Assembly: GCF_009914755.1 (NCBI RefSeq)
Contig: NC_060931.1
DNA: 64,000 bases
Direction: 5' to 3' (one strand)
Source of the DNA: the human T2T-CHM13v2.0 reference genome, Homo sapiens
Part shown: positions 44,912 through 58,700 of the stretch, piece by piece
How the letters are laid out: each line of letters begins with the position of its first letter
How positions within the stretch are numbered: the stretch's first letter is position 1
The notes under the pieces: model-generated
The model's database searches: none
What the model was told of the DNA's origin: nothing
Seen by the model: the letters and a program-made list of their open reading frames with translations, nothing else
Program-made: the position numbers and the translations under genes

Positions 44912-45617
44912 TGAGGCTGGAGAATAGGGTCTGAAGGCAGGGAATTTAAGGCCAATTCGTGCTAATTTCCTAAAGCTGGAGGAAAACACCTGGGTCTGAA
45001 GGCAGAGAACATAAGGCCAATTCATGCTAACTTCCTAAAGCAGGATCAAAAGAAAAATCCCCATCTCTCCACAGCCTAGTAACAAAGGATCAGAGGCTAC
45101 TCCCCCTACAAGCCTCTCTGTTCCACTAAGTCTCAGGTGGAAAGGGAAAGTGCCAGGATTGGCTGTGGGCCAAGCATGGGCTATCCCTTTATCTGCATAG
45201 GGTGCCAGTCCACTCTGGCCTCTGGTTGTCCACAGGCGAACTCACCTCAGCTATTAATCGGCCACAGGCCAAATCCTTCATCCACATAGTGGGTAGCCAA
45301 TAGGGACCTCAAAAAGGGTACTTAAACCCCAGAAAACCTTGTGAGCAGGGCCCCTGAACCACAAATGATGTATTTTTGTTTCTCTGTACTAAAGGTAAAA
45401 TGGTTGGTCTTCATGTCATATTTTTATATACAGTTCAGTATTATCTGATCTTTTTTAATCTGCTTAAAACACTCCTATCCTATGGAGTGCTATCTCGCTT
45501 CAATATATCCCTACTTTCGCTGTTTCGTACCTTTCTTACTTTGTGCATTTTGCTCAACTCTGTTCAACACGCCAAGAACCTGGATGTCTCACGCTCAAGG
45601 CCTATCTTCCCATAACA
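44912..45617 (+). mobile_element. MER51-like ERV1 solo LTR inserted in an old L1M 3' fragment
   Basis: TG...CA termini; 4-bp TSD CTAT (44908-44911 and 45618-45621); start tgaggctggagaatagggtctgaaggcaggg; CCAAT boxes and a TATA-like element. Confidence 0.85.
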
Positions 45618-46269
45618 CTATCACAATTATAAATACACATCTACCTTTGTCTCAGCAGCTCCACTTTAGAGATGTGTTCTATCAAAAAATCTATTCAAGT
45701 TGCCAAAGATGTTCACTGAAGTATTTTTTTGTGAAACTAAAAAAATGGAAACAATCCAAGTGTTCTTCAATGAAATACTGGATTAAGATATCACATCCAT
45801 ACAGTGGAATATTGTACAGCCACTATAAAAGAGAGAAGTATCTCTATACATACTGGCAGGTATAGTGCTGATGAAACACTGTTTAGTTGCTCTTGCAATA
45901 ATCTTTTAACTGGATTTCTTGATTCCAATTTATCCTCCATCTGCTGTCAGAATAACCTTTACAAAATACTAGTATGTTCATTATTCTTAAATTATTCAAT
46001 AGCTTTCATGATAAAAATTCGTATCTCTCAGTAGGATTACACAGGTTACTATCTAGCCTCTGCCAAAGTGCATCAATTCTGACCCACTTTCTACTCTAAT
46101 ATCTCATGAGCTGGTTAAAATATTTCTAGATACACTGTTTACAACTGCCTAAATGAAACAGGCTCTTTCCTCCTTCTCCACTTGCACGTGCACCTACCTC
46201 TAAACTGAATATTCATTTTTATGATCTTCAGTTGGCTAACTCCTACTTATCCTTCAAAACTAAGTTTGA

Positions 46270-46630
<361 letters not shown>

Positions 46631-46944
46631 AACTAAGTTTGAGGAATGAACCTCTAGGAAGGTTTCACTTGTCATCTGCATCTCAGTTAAGTTTTCCCAG
46701 TTTTTGTTCCTAGAGACACTTTCTACTACCTCTAATCTTCCTATATTGTAAATGCCTATAGCCTTGGAATCTCTTCCGTACTGTCAAATTCTTGACACAA
46801 GGACTGAGTCTTTCATCTTCTAACTCTTAGCGTTTAGCATGTATTAATTGTGTAACAGAAACCAATTTTAAAAATCAATGACATTAAGTGATTTTTTTTC
46901 TTCATCTACCAGGCTTCCTCAAAATTTTTTACATTCAAGAGTTG

Positions 46945-47200
46945 GCTACATGTAAAGTGTCCAGAACAGGCGAACCTATAGAGTTATAAGGTAGATTAGT
47001 GGTTGCTAAGGGGTGGGGGCTGGGAGGTTTGGGTGGGAATCAATGACAGCCAATGCATATTAAGTTTCTTTGGGGAATGATAAAATTGTTCCAAAATTAG
47101 ATAATGGTGATGGTTTCAGAATGCCGTAAATATACTTAAACCATTGAATTCTACACTTTAAGCTTTACAATATGTAATTGTATTTCAATAAAACTTAAAA
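46945..47200 (+). mobile_element. L1MB-like 3' end fragment
   Basis: gtagattagtggttgctaaggg...ccattgaattctacacttta...caataaa. Confidence 0.8.
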
Positions 47201-47323
47201 AAATAAAAGTTGGTTAAAAAGAATAAAGTTTACGTACATGATGTACCCATAATTAAACTTTATTTCTGGATGATACAGAACCTTTTGTTAGTCTCAATTT
47301 CTGGTTATTTCATTTCAATAAAA

Positions 47324-47342
47324 TTTCCACTAGAGGGCATTC
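47324..47342 (+). promoter_or_regulatory. CTCF binding motif (TTTCCACTAGAGGGCATTC), probable CFTR-locus -80.1 kb insulator/TAD boundary
   Basis: Core CCACTAGAGGGC matches CCACYAGRKGGC 12/12 and lies in a short unique island between repeats; position in ASZ1 intron 4 agrees with my recollection of the -80.1 kb site. Confidence 0.8.
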
Positions 47343-48806
47343 AAAGAAAAGCAGAAAGCAAAACTCAATCTGACAGAAAAATAATATATTTTCACAATGA
47401 TGTATTTGTCACGTCTCTGTACTGGGGTAAAATGGTTGGTCTTCATGTCATATTTTTGCATATAGTTCGGTATTATCTAATCTTTTTAATCTGCTTAATA
47501 CACTCAGTTTATAGTTGAGAGATTAATGAAACAACTATGATAAAGGAAATTTCGACAATGATAAAATGCTAGGAATTAGATATCCATTTCCAGCTATCAG
47601 AAAAGTTTTGTTAGATCAAACCTCCCACTGAAAAAGACTGTAAAAGCTGATAAAATACAAATATGCCTGGAGACACAGTAGAAAAACCAAGGTTGCCAGA
47701 ACAGGAGAAGCCAAGCTCCTGGAGAGAAAAGCAGCATTTGGTGAATTGAGTTTTATATCCTCTTCCACTTTTTGCTTTTAGACATTTGCCAATTAGCATT
47801 GGCAAGTGCTAATGGGTAGCATTAGCAGAAAGCAGTAACTTTAGGCCTTCTTATGGTGATGGGGAACTCCAACACAAAAACTGGAGTTCAGGTCTACTAA
47901 AGCACTGAGAACTTCAAGAATCAAGAATCTGGAAAAAGGGGAGTAACAGAAAGGTGACCCTGCAGAGAAGTGATCTTCTGTCGGACTTCTGCCTTCAAAG
48001 TATTTTCAGGGGCTGAAGAAGACTACAACCACCAAGCTAAAACTAGATGCTAAGAGGGCTTTGAGCATTCCCACAAATAGCAGAGGAAATAAAAATTGGC
48101 ATTCATGATCCTCAAAGGGAGAGTGGCTCAGATAAACACCCCAAGTTTGAATTGAGACTGTGGAAAATACAGGAAATAAACTGATCCTGAAATCCAGCCT
48201 TGAACCATCTTAATCCTTGATTTAATTGACGTGATCTGCCCTTATTCCAACTATCAGTCAGAAGAAAATTAAATATTTTCTGGAAGCAAACAGACCTGTA
48301 CCAAAGTTTTATATAATATCCAGCATTCAACCAAAAGTTACCAGGCATCGTAAATTGTAGAACTAAGAAACAAGATTAATGAAATCGAAAAGCTAATAGA
48401 TGGGTTTAATAGTGGATTAGCTACAGAAGAGAATTAATGGCCTGGAAGATAGACCAAAAGAAAATACCCAGTGTGAATATGGAGAAGATAAAGGAAGAAA
48501 AGAGTGTTAAGAAACAAATGGGATATAGATGTAATGGTTTAAATCTCAATTGGAGAGGAGAGAGAATGAAGAAAAAGCAGTATCTTAAGACATACTGCCT
48601 GAAAAGTTTCCCAAACTAATGAAATACATCAAACAACAGATTTAAGAATTCCTGTGGGACAAAAACAAAACCCCACTATACATAGGGATATCATAGCAAA
48701 GCTGTTTTTTTTTTTAAAAAAAAAAGACCAACAGAAAATATTAAAAACAACCAGAGGATAAAATCTAATACCTTCAAAGAATCAACAATAAGAGTAACAG
48801 CTGACT

Positions 48807-51800
48807 TGTTGTGCTGGACCCCTACTGGCTCCAATAGGGATGGCACTATGTTTAAGGGGTTGAAGGAGAGACCCAGAATCAACAAATGAGACATAGAGTT
48901 TACTGAGAACTTACAGGGCAGTCCATGAGTGACAGGCTGGACAAGAAAATTGCTACCATTTGTAAAAAGCATTTATGTTACATAGCATTTTTACTTTGTA
49001 ATTTCCACCTAGCAATCTTCACCTAGCAACCTCCACTTAACCCCAAACAAAGGGTCTCTAATCCCCTGTACAGCCTGCATTCCAAGAAATGGGCCAGGGG
49101 TTCAGATGTCCTTCATAGGTAAGGAGTGAATCTTCGGGTTGGCCACTCCCGGATTCCTTAGCTTGGAAGCTCGAACACAAACACACATTCTACTTAGACC
49201 ATACGGCCATTCTTAGGGTATGCTGGAGTTACTGCTGTAAAGTGCATCTGCCATTCACTCCATCTCAGCATATTCTTGAATGGCCCTCATATTTTTATCA
49301 TGTTTTTTTTGAGTGATTTTTGGGGGCCAGGTATGTGGAGGAGCAGTATGTGCAGCCAAATGCTGTGGCAGCAATACAAACTATTAACAAAAGAGAATAA
49401 CGAACATACTAGAAATCATACTGTACTGAAGGTTTTTCTAAGCACTTGAGAGTTAATTAAACCTGGCTCAGTGACCTCAATCAAAGACTGTCCTTCAGTT
49501 GTCAAACAGGTGACAGGGCTGAGCACCAAATGGAACTCTGCACTTAAGGAACTATTGATGTGCTCCCTTTGTTTGGAGCCTAATGTTGCAAGTATGTATG
49601 CTATTTGGCCACATCTGTCTCTGGGAATTCCCAGACTTTGGTTTCCGGGAGGTATCCTTTAACCAAACTGCTATGGGATACTGAGTGCATACCAGCACTG
49701 GGAGCCCCTTTGTCACGTTGGCATGTTGTAAGAGGTGATATTTAGCATTGAGTTGTTGCTCCATGATGATATATTTAGCTTCAGCCCCCTTCCATAGTTG
49801 GGACTAGAACCCTAATGGCACACCCCTCAGGGTAACTGGCTATGTCCAATTCACAAGGTTGTCCCTGTACTAGAGTTTCCAGAATTTATATTTGTTTCAT
49901 TATGACTTTAGTTTGTTTAAAGGCCTCATCTTTCTCTGTGGACCAGTTCCAGTGAGCCCCCATCTTGACTAAGTGGTATAGGGGCCTGAGGAGTTGGGCC
50001 AAATGGGGAATAAAAGGACTAATACCCTATAAAGCTTAAGAAGGTCTGCAACTGCTTTGGTGTGGTAGGACGCGGGTAGTCCTACGCCTTATCTATAATG
50101 GCAGAAAGAACAACTTGACTTTAGTCTTACCCAACCAGATGACACCGAATATTTAATAAACCTGGACCCTTAAATGTCTGTGCTGCCCATACTCCGTTTG
50201 CCAAGCGAGACGGCAAGGTGGGGACTAGCAACCTCCATTACTAACCCAAAGGTGGGGCTGCAGTTTGTGAGGTAGAAAAAGACTTAGTTAGCATGATATC
50301 ATCAATTTAATGGAAAACATGTACCCTCTCCAGGGTAGTCCATCGACTGACATTTGACGTCTGTGGTCATTAGACCCTCACAGATAGTGGGGCTATGTAA
50401 ATATCCTTGGGGCAAGATGGTAAAGGTCCGTTGTTCTCCTTTCTAGGTGAATGTAAATTGGTCTTGTCTTTGGGGCAATGGGGATGCTGAAGAAGGCTTG
50501 GTTAAATTAATAAGAAAACGTTACGTACCAAGCACCTGTCCTATTTTCATCAGAAGGGAAGTGATATTTTAATTTCTGGTAATGTATTGTTATTTTCCAA
50601 GTCCCGTCAGGTTTTTGCACAGGCCATACAGGGTTGTTGTATGGGCTGTGCACTACTGGCCTTATAATGTCCACCTGGGCTAACTCCTTAATACTTTCTG
50701 TGATTTTATCATGCCCCCAAGCCCCACTCACGAGTGGTATTGCTTCAGCACTACTATTTGCTATGGGGCTGGGCAACTGTATTGGTGTCCATTTTGTGTT
50801 ACCGTGATTATGTTTTGTCATCCTAACTCTCAGTTGGAATTTTTTGGCAGTTTGGAGGGTCAAGCCTGACAAAATACTCGTTCCCAAGATGTATTTTGGG
50901 ACAGGAGCTATATATACTAAATAGGGTCTTCGTGACAGTCTCCCAACTTGTAATACTAGTTCAACATTTATACCTCATTCCCCATCACCCTTTACTATCT
51001 ATTGCTGTTATAGGTCCTTGGAACCGATAGGTGTTACCATATATGAGTGCACTTGGCTCCAGTATCCACTATAGCAGGGGTCCCCAACCCCCAGGCAGCA
51101 GACTGGCACTGGTCTGTGGCCTGTTAGGAACTGAGCCGCAGAGCAGGAGGTGAGTGGCAGGTGAGCGAGCATTACCATCTGAGCTCCACTTCCCATCAGA
51201 TCAGTGGTGGCATTAGATTCTCATAGGAGTACGAACCCTATTGTGAACTGCGCATGCGAGAGATCTATGTTGCATGCTCCTGATGAGAATCTAACGCCTG
51301 ACGATCTGAGGTGAACAGTTTCATCCCGAAACATCCCCCTGCCCCTAGTCTTAGGAAAAACTGTCTTCCACAAAACTGGTCCCTGGTGCCAAAAAGGTGA
51401 GGGACCACTGCACTAGAGCAAGCACAGTCTATTTTTAGGTGACCTATATATAGTTTTTATATGAGGCCTCTGGTCCCTGGCCATCACTGTTTTTACTGGG
51501 ATTCTGAGGCCTTGGCCTTTATCTTAGGCTAAAGGGGTTAGTGCCTGCCATCTCTCTGTGGGAGGGGTGGTGGGCTGAACCTGAGGCTCCTTAGTGAAGT
51601 GCTGCTCCGGCTTGAGTTTTTATTACAGTCTAACCCAAACAGTATTAGGCTGTCTTTTTTTTTTTTTCAGTAGGTATCCCTGCCATTAGCAGGTTGCCTA
51701 CATCTATTGGCAAATCACTCTGATAAGCCCCTTGACTGTTTCCTTTTTTTTTTTTTTTGACTCCTTTGTCTTTCATCCAGCAGTGCATACCTCTTACTTA

Positions 51801-53446
51801 TGCAGTTTTTGTTTCCCTTAAGTCGAGGGTCACTTGGGCTGCCCAGGATACTGGCTTCCATATTAGGGTGCTTAAGACAGAAACTGGCATCCTATATCAC
51901 TACTTAGGTGTCAACTGCAGAATTCTCTTTTATTCTGGCAGTAACCAATTCACTGTTGGGATCGTGCTGATTTTTAGCATAAATATTAATAGCATGTTTC
52001 ATCCCCAACTCCCAGAGGAGGTCCTGCAACTTTTTCATAGTCTGCCATTGCAAAGGAGATGTGGAGATGTCTCCCTCATTTGGCCAGGCCCCCTTGAAGC
52101 CCACAACCACTCAGCTAAGGAGGGGGATGGTCTGATCCCCATGATTGGTGCCATAGAAATGCTGCCTCAGGACCAGGTGCTTTGTGATGGATGCCATTTT
52201 ATTCATCTCGAATCTAGAGAGTATAGTATTCTCTACCCCTACATCCCATTGACAGAGAAACCACCCTATGATTGACTCTCTCCCCTTCTGTTTGAACCTA
52301 TTTCCCAGTTCCACAGTGGTATAATACCACATTGTGGTGTGCTGCCCTCTTTCAGGCAGGGCAAGTCTTGAGGGGCTTCCTTTTGTGGGGTCCACTTTTA
52401 CCTTGGTGGTGGCCAATGTACATGCAGACAGTATGGGAACCTCTATGGACTCATCCCAGTCCTCTTCCTCCTTCCCACTAGAGCTCTCCATGGGGTCCCA
52501 GGACTTAGTGTCCCAGGATGATTTATTCATGACAGCCCTAACTTGTCAGCCTAACAGTTGAAGACTCTTCAAATGAGTTACGTGGTAAGCCAGAGTGTCC
52601 ATTCTGTCATTTTGTTTGCACAGGCAGGACAGTTAGGTCTCCAACATTTTAGTCTGAGCTAACTAAGCATTTCTTTCTAATCACAGCTTGTCTTGTAACT
52701 GATGCACCCTTGCCTGTGCAGTGACCTCAGCCTCCACGGCTCCTCGACACACAGGAGCTGCCAATGAACTATGGCTATCACAGCGTGGGCATGTGACTTT
52801 CACTTAGTTGGATCTACCCCCTGCACCAGCTCTTCCAGACCTTTTGATGTTATGAGGGCATCCCCATACTCATGCAGTGGGCCTCATCCATCAAGGATAG
52901 CAGTCATTGGGCCTCACATAGATGTGGATGGCCATCCCAGCGTTTCCCTTGTGGATTTCCTTTTCCCTGATCGCATCATCTTGGTGCTCACAGGATTCTT
53001 TCCAACTTCCTAGCTGGATTGCCAATTGTTGTGTGGGACCTCTACTGACTCAAATAGGGATAGCACCATGTTTGAGAGGCTGAAGAGGAAACCCCAAGCC
53101 AGTGAACGAGCCATAGGGTTTATTAAAGACATACATAAGGTGGTCCAGGAGCAATGGGCTGATTAGGAAAACTGCAACTATTTCTAAGAAGTGTACAAGT
53201 TACACAGAATTTTTACTTAGCAATCTCCACCTAGCAACCTCCATCTAACCCAAAACAAAGGGTCTGAATCCCCTGTATGGCCTGTATTCCAAGGAATGGG
53301 CCAGGGGTTCAGATGCCCTTCTTAGATAAGAAGTGAATCTCTAGGTTGGCTACTCCCAGATTCTTTAGCTCAGAACTCCAAACACATACTCTCCTTAGAC
53401 CATAGGGTCATTATCAGAGTATGCTTGAGTTAATGCTGTCGGGCAT
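48807..53446 (-). mobile_element. Defective ERVL-class provirus (LTR32/HERVL32-like, family tentative): 5'LTR-PBS-gag-pro-RT-partial RNase H-3'LTR
   Basis: Two homologous LTRs (53027-53446 and 48807-49257); PBS TGGCAATCCAGCTAGGAA; gag remnant (LWELGMKHAI); protease LALVDTGA; RT motifs YNNPVWPVQKPDGTWK, TILPQGYLHSP and H*IDDIM. Confidence 0.9.
51075..51410 (+). mobile_element. MER1B hAT-Charlie MITE inside the ERV protease gene
   Basis: TIRs caggggtcccc / gggaccactg; 8-bp TSD cactatag/cactagag. Confidence 0.9.
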
Positions 53447-53785
53447 AGAAGCTTTCAGTAAAAATAAGAGACAACAAAATGATAGCTTTAAAGTACCAAA
53501 AGAAAGTAATGCTAACCTAGAATTCTATACCCAGTGAAAATAACTTTCAAAAATGAAAAGCAAAATAAAAATACATTCAAAATAAAAATGCTTTGAAACA
53601 AAAACACAGTCACCAGCAGATGTATTTAAAAAAGGTTTTCAGAAGAAAAATGATCCCTGATTAAATCCCTGTTTAAAATATGAAAATAGAGGATGGAATG
53701 AAGAGAGCCATAAAGATGAGTATGTGGGTAAATCCAAATAAAAGTTGGTAATAATAACATAATTGATAGCAATACTAAAATGCTA

Positions 53786-54198
<413 letters not shown>

Positions 54199-54757
54199 TT
54201 AAAAGTACTAATTTAGAGTAGACTCTAATAAGTAAAGAATGTATGTTATAATCTCTAGGGTAGCCACTCAAAGAATAATAAAAGAACGAATAACTACAGA
54301 AAGATAGAAAATGGAATAATAAAAAATAATATTTGATTAATCAAAAAATAATCAGAACTGGGAAAAAAGAGCACTGACTAATGAAACACCGATCAGTGTG
54401 CACATTAAAGGCAGGTAGACTAAACAATGAAAAGAAAACTACTGTCAATCAATCTGGATTAAAAAAGGGGAACTATATATTACTTACTTTAAATAAAAGC
54501 ACACAGAAAGGCTGAAAGCAAAAATATGGAAAAACACTATACACATGCTCAAGAAAGCTGATATACCTATACCAATATTAGATTAAGTATATTATAATGA
54601 AGTAAGAATTACTACATACAAAGGGGTACACTTCATAAAGGTAAAAGGTCAATGCATCAGGGATATAGGAGGCTTAAAAGATGTAAGGAAAAGTTGACCA
54701 AAATGCAAATCTCAGTAACTGATAGAACACGGAAGTAAAAAAAAAAAAAAATCAGGA

Positions 54758-55335
54758 CAGTAGTCCCTGCTTTATCCATGGGGGATATGCTCCAAGACCC
54801 CCAGTGGATGCCTGAGGCCACAGATAGTAGTGAACCATTTAAATACTATGTTTTTTCCTATACATATGTGCCTATGAAAAAATTTAATTTGCAAATCAGG
54901 AGCAGTAAGAGATAACAGGAACTAAGAATAAAACAATTGCAATAATATACTCAATAAAAGTTATGTAAATGTGATCTTTCTCTCAAAATATCTTATTGTA
55001 CTATATTCACCCTTTTTCTTCTTGTGATGGTATGTAATGATAAAATGCCTATGTGAAGAGATGAAGCAGGGTGAATGACAGGCATCGTGACATAGTGTTA
55101 AGCTACTTTGACCTTCTGTAATGTATACACAATACATTAGAAGGAGGATCATCTGCTTCTGGTGATCCTACATTATCAAGCCACGACAATGTCAATGGTT
55201 GGATGTCAGAAGATAATGTAGATGACGAACGGGCAGTTAGTGTGTATAGAGTCTTCGTCCAGATACACTGAACAAAGAGATAATTTACCTCCCAGGTGGG
55301 AAGGAGAGGGATGGTGTGAGATTTCACCATGCTAC
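54758..55335. mobile_element. MER44/Tigger7-like DNA transposon fragment
   Basis: TIR cagtagtccc..ttatccatggggg; ctctcaaaatatcttattgtact. Confidence 0.8.
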
Positions 55336-55339
55336 TCTG

Positions 55340-55775
55340 CCAGTACTTTCTCATATTCACCAACTCAAAAGCTCTCTACAAATCCTACAGTTTAGGGTTT
55401 TTTATGAAGGAATGGTTAAATCATTCGCCATTGGTAATTAGCTCAATCTCCAGTCTCTCTCCTCTCTCTGTGGAGGTCAGGGGGTAGTGTTAAAAATTTC
55501 TACCCTTTAATCATGTCTTGGTCTTTCTGCCTCCGTCCCCCACAACCAGTCATCTCATTAGTATGAGATGTCTAAAGACTCTTATCATTTGGGAGATTCC
55601 AAGGGTTTCAGAAGTTCTAGTGTCAGGAACCAGTGGTTAAGACCAAATATTTTAACCAAACATGCTTTATATCATTCAAAAGATCACCCCTATCATTCAA
55701 TAAATTACAAGGCATGAAGGAGCTGTGCCAGGAACCAGGGGACAAAGACCAAATATATATTTATTATATCACAGT
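55340..55775. mobile_element. MER21-like LTR fragment
   Basis: aaatcattcgccattggt..ctcaatctccag; ggagattccaaggg; gacaaagaccaaatat. Confidence 0.7.
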
Positions 55776-58700
55776 ATCACAGTAGACCATTACACCCAAC
55801 CATTGCCAAATCACATTATTTTATAGTGCAAAAATTGACCATAGGTTGGGTTATAAAGAACATCTCAACAAATTTCAAAGATCTGAAATAATATAGAATA
55901 TGTTCCTTCACCATAGTGGAATTCAGCTAGATATTAATAACGAAAAGCAAAGTAGGAGAATAAACAAACTTTAATATATCCAAACATTAGAACATTTCTC
56001 AGCAATAAAAAGAAATGAACTACTGATACACAAAACATAGGTTCTCAAAAACATGCTGAGCAAAAGAATTCAGACATTAAGAAGTACAATACTGCATAAT
56101 GTAGTAAACAGCACTAATGCAGGGTAGGAAAAAAAAATGAGTGGTTGCCTTCTGGGTTCAGGGGATTATCTTGGAAGGGGCCTAAGGGAGATTCCTAGGG
56201 TGAGGAAGAATGTTCTATATTTTGAAAGAGATGTGGGTTACATGGGTATATGTGTCACAATAAAAAATCTACACTGAAGATCTGTGCATTTCATTTTGTA
56301 AATTAGATCTCAGTAAGTGGAATAAAAAGTATGTCAAGTGGCATTATATAATGTTTATGGATGATTATATACACACGCACAGATGGATGATCATATGTGT
56401 AATTTAACTTGGGCAGAAAAAATACACACAAATTACAAGACTGTAGTTGCTTCTATAAGAAAGAAAGAAGGAAAGGGAATATGATTGGGGAGGATACAAA
56501 GGGTCCTTTAACCACATTATATTATTTTATTTAAAACATATTTAAAGCAAAATTACAATAATTAGGCAAAACATGGCTTTTCAAAGACTGTGTGAACCAC
56601 AGTTTTGATATGCTAACAGCTCTAATAAGAACAGGTAAAACAAGGAAAGAATTTATTTTAAAAAATTATTCAGAATTCTAATAGTTAAAAGTTAAACATA
56701 TTAGCAAAAAAGAAATCTGCTTTAAGTCAGTGTTCCTTTACAGTTTGTCACTGAAAATATAAATAAGGTGTCAGAAAAGTCCCTTGCTTTATTTTAAATA
56801 AAATATTTTAGCCAGCCAAAAAGGGATAAAGAAAAATGAATTCTACTATATGTTCAGGAAGAACACATTCAAATAGGGAATGTTAATTACAAGATACTCC
56901 AAGATTTAATGACACTGTTATCTGTTTAATAAAAATGAATAACATACAAATTAAGGGGGACCTTGTCAGTTATTTGAAAAACTACCAGGATGCATAAAAT
57001 TTAGCAAAATTTGAAAACAAATATGTATACGAGCTAAAACACTCATATGAAAACATATTTTTATTATGTGAAAGAAGAAACTTCACTACCTCCTCTCCAT
57101 AAAAGATTAAAAAGAAGAGTTAAACAAATCCAAGTGATGCTTCCAAGAAAGAAAAATATTGTTCTCTCTCACCTAGAAAATGCATGTTTAACTAGATTAG
57201 AATTAAGGAATGGATGAGGACCATATTTCTGACTTTGCTTGTTAATCATCCTACTGCTTGTTTTAGGAACATGCAAAATTTTCATTAATTCTTTTGGGAT
57301 TACACATTTATTATAAATACTTCTATAATTTTGTGTAACATATCTCTTATGTGTAAACTTTTTATGTAGATAATTTATTTTTACTATTTCCTTGAAAACA
57401 TACTATCCCTAATTATTAATAGGTACTCCTGGTATCTGCTTAGTAGTACAGTCATAACTAAAGTGTGATTCTTTAATGGCATCAGCCATTTTTTTAGAAA
57501 CTTGTTATATTTATATGCAACACTTTTTACAAAACAATTTTACATGATATTGCATCTGACTGTCACAAGAATTCAGCAAAATCAGTGAAACAAATTTTCT
57601 TATCTTATACCATAAATGAAAAATAAAAGTTCAGTTTCAGAAGTTAGCAAGGTCATGAAGCTTATAGTAACAGGACTTGGGACATAAATTCTGAGTCCAA
57701 GATCATTCACAAATAAGTAATCTTCAATTTTTCTTAATAGCGTAACTCAAAATACATTTTTGCTTAATTTTAACAATGAAAATTATGACTATTTTGCCAT
57801 TATAATACAATTTTACAATAAAATGGCAGATGAAACAATGTAAAAAATTACAAAGAAAGTATAGCAGGGTTTTATTCAAGCATAGCAGAGTTTTTTTGGA
57901 GGGATTCTTGTTGAGAATTTCTGGTTATCATTATACTGTTGAAAACCAATACACTAAAGTTAGACAATTTATAAACAATAAATTATAAACTCATACACTA
58001 GTTCACTGATATCAGCTATTAGTACTTCAGGACAGGGTATGGAAAGCCTTTTTCCTAAAAGATGTAAGAGGAAAAAAAAAATCACATTTTTAAATGAAAG
58101 CAATTAAGCTGTCATTTCAAATTTAGAATTTAAAGCATAGCCAAAGATAAAAAAGCTAAATTCTCAAACAAACTAATTTTATAAGGAGGTAGTGGTATAA
58201 TTTTATTACATCTACTTTATTTTTGTAGTGTATAATTTATTATACACTACTAATCAGTGTGTGTTAACATTATTATAATCAATAAGACTTATCAAAGGGT
58301 AGTCTATTTGATGGAGAATTGAGTTCAATGTAGAAATAGTAATTTCCTACCATGTACCAGACACTAATAAGATAAAAGTCAAGTCAGAATTTGAAAGGTG
58401 TTTGTGTGTGATCTTGGTTTTTGTGCATGTGTTTTGAAAAATTAGTGCCAAGAGCTTTTCATCAACTGGCTTTCTTCACCTCTATCCTATTTTATGCTTT
58501 CAAAAGGTCCAGGTAGATTTCCAGGTATCTGAGTAGCAGTATTAACATATGTCTTAAATATGCAAGATAACCCTAAGATATCTATCATTGTTTGCATACA
58601 GGTAAAACTGCTAACAAAGGTAAAATCAGCTCCTATATGTAGGTAAGAGATAAATTTTAAAATGATAATGGGGCAATTTATTACAAATATATAAAAGGCT

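Noticed and set aside
44927-45045. About 50-bp direct repeat pair resembling CRISPR or a novel repeat
   Set aside because: Only two units, within the LTR U3; such duplications are typical of this LTR family, and the DNA is eukaryotic.
51757-52275. Longest ORF in the track (172 aa, + strand)
   Set aside because: Antisense to the ERV gag remnant, non-ATG start, no recognisable domain.
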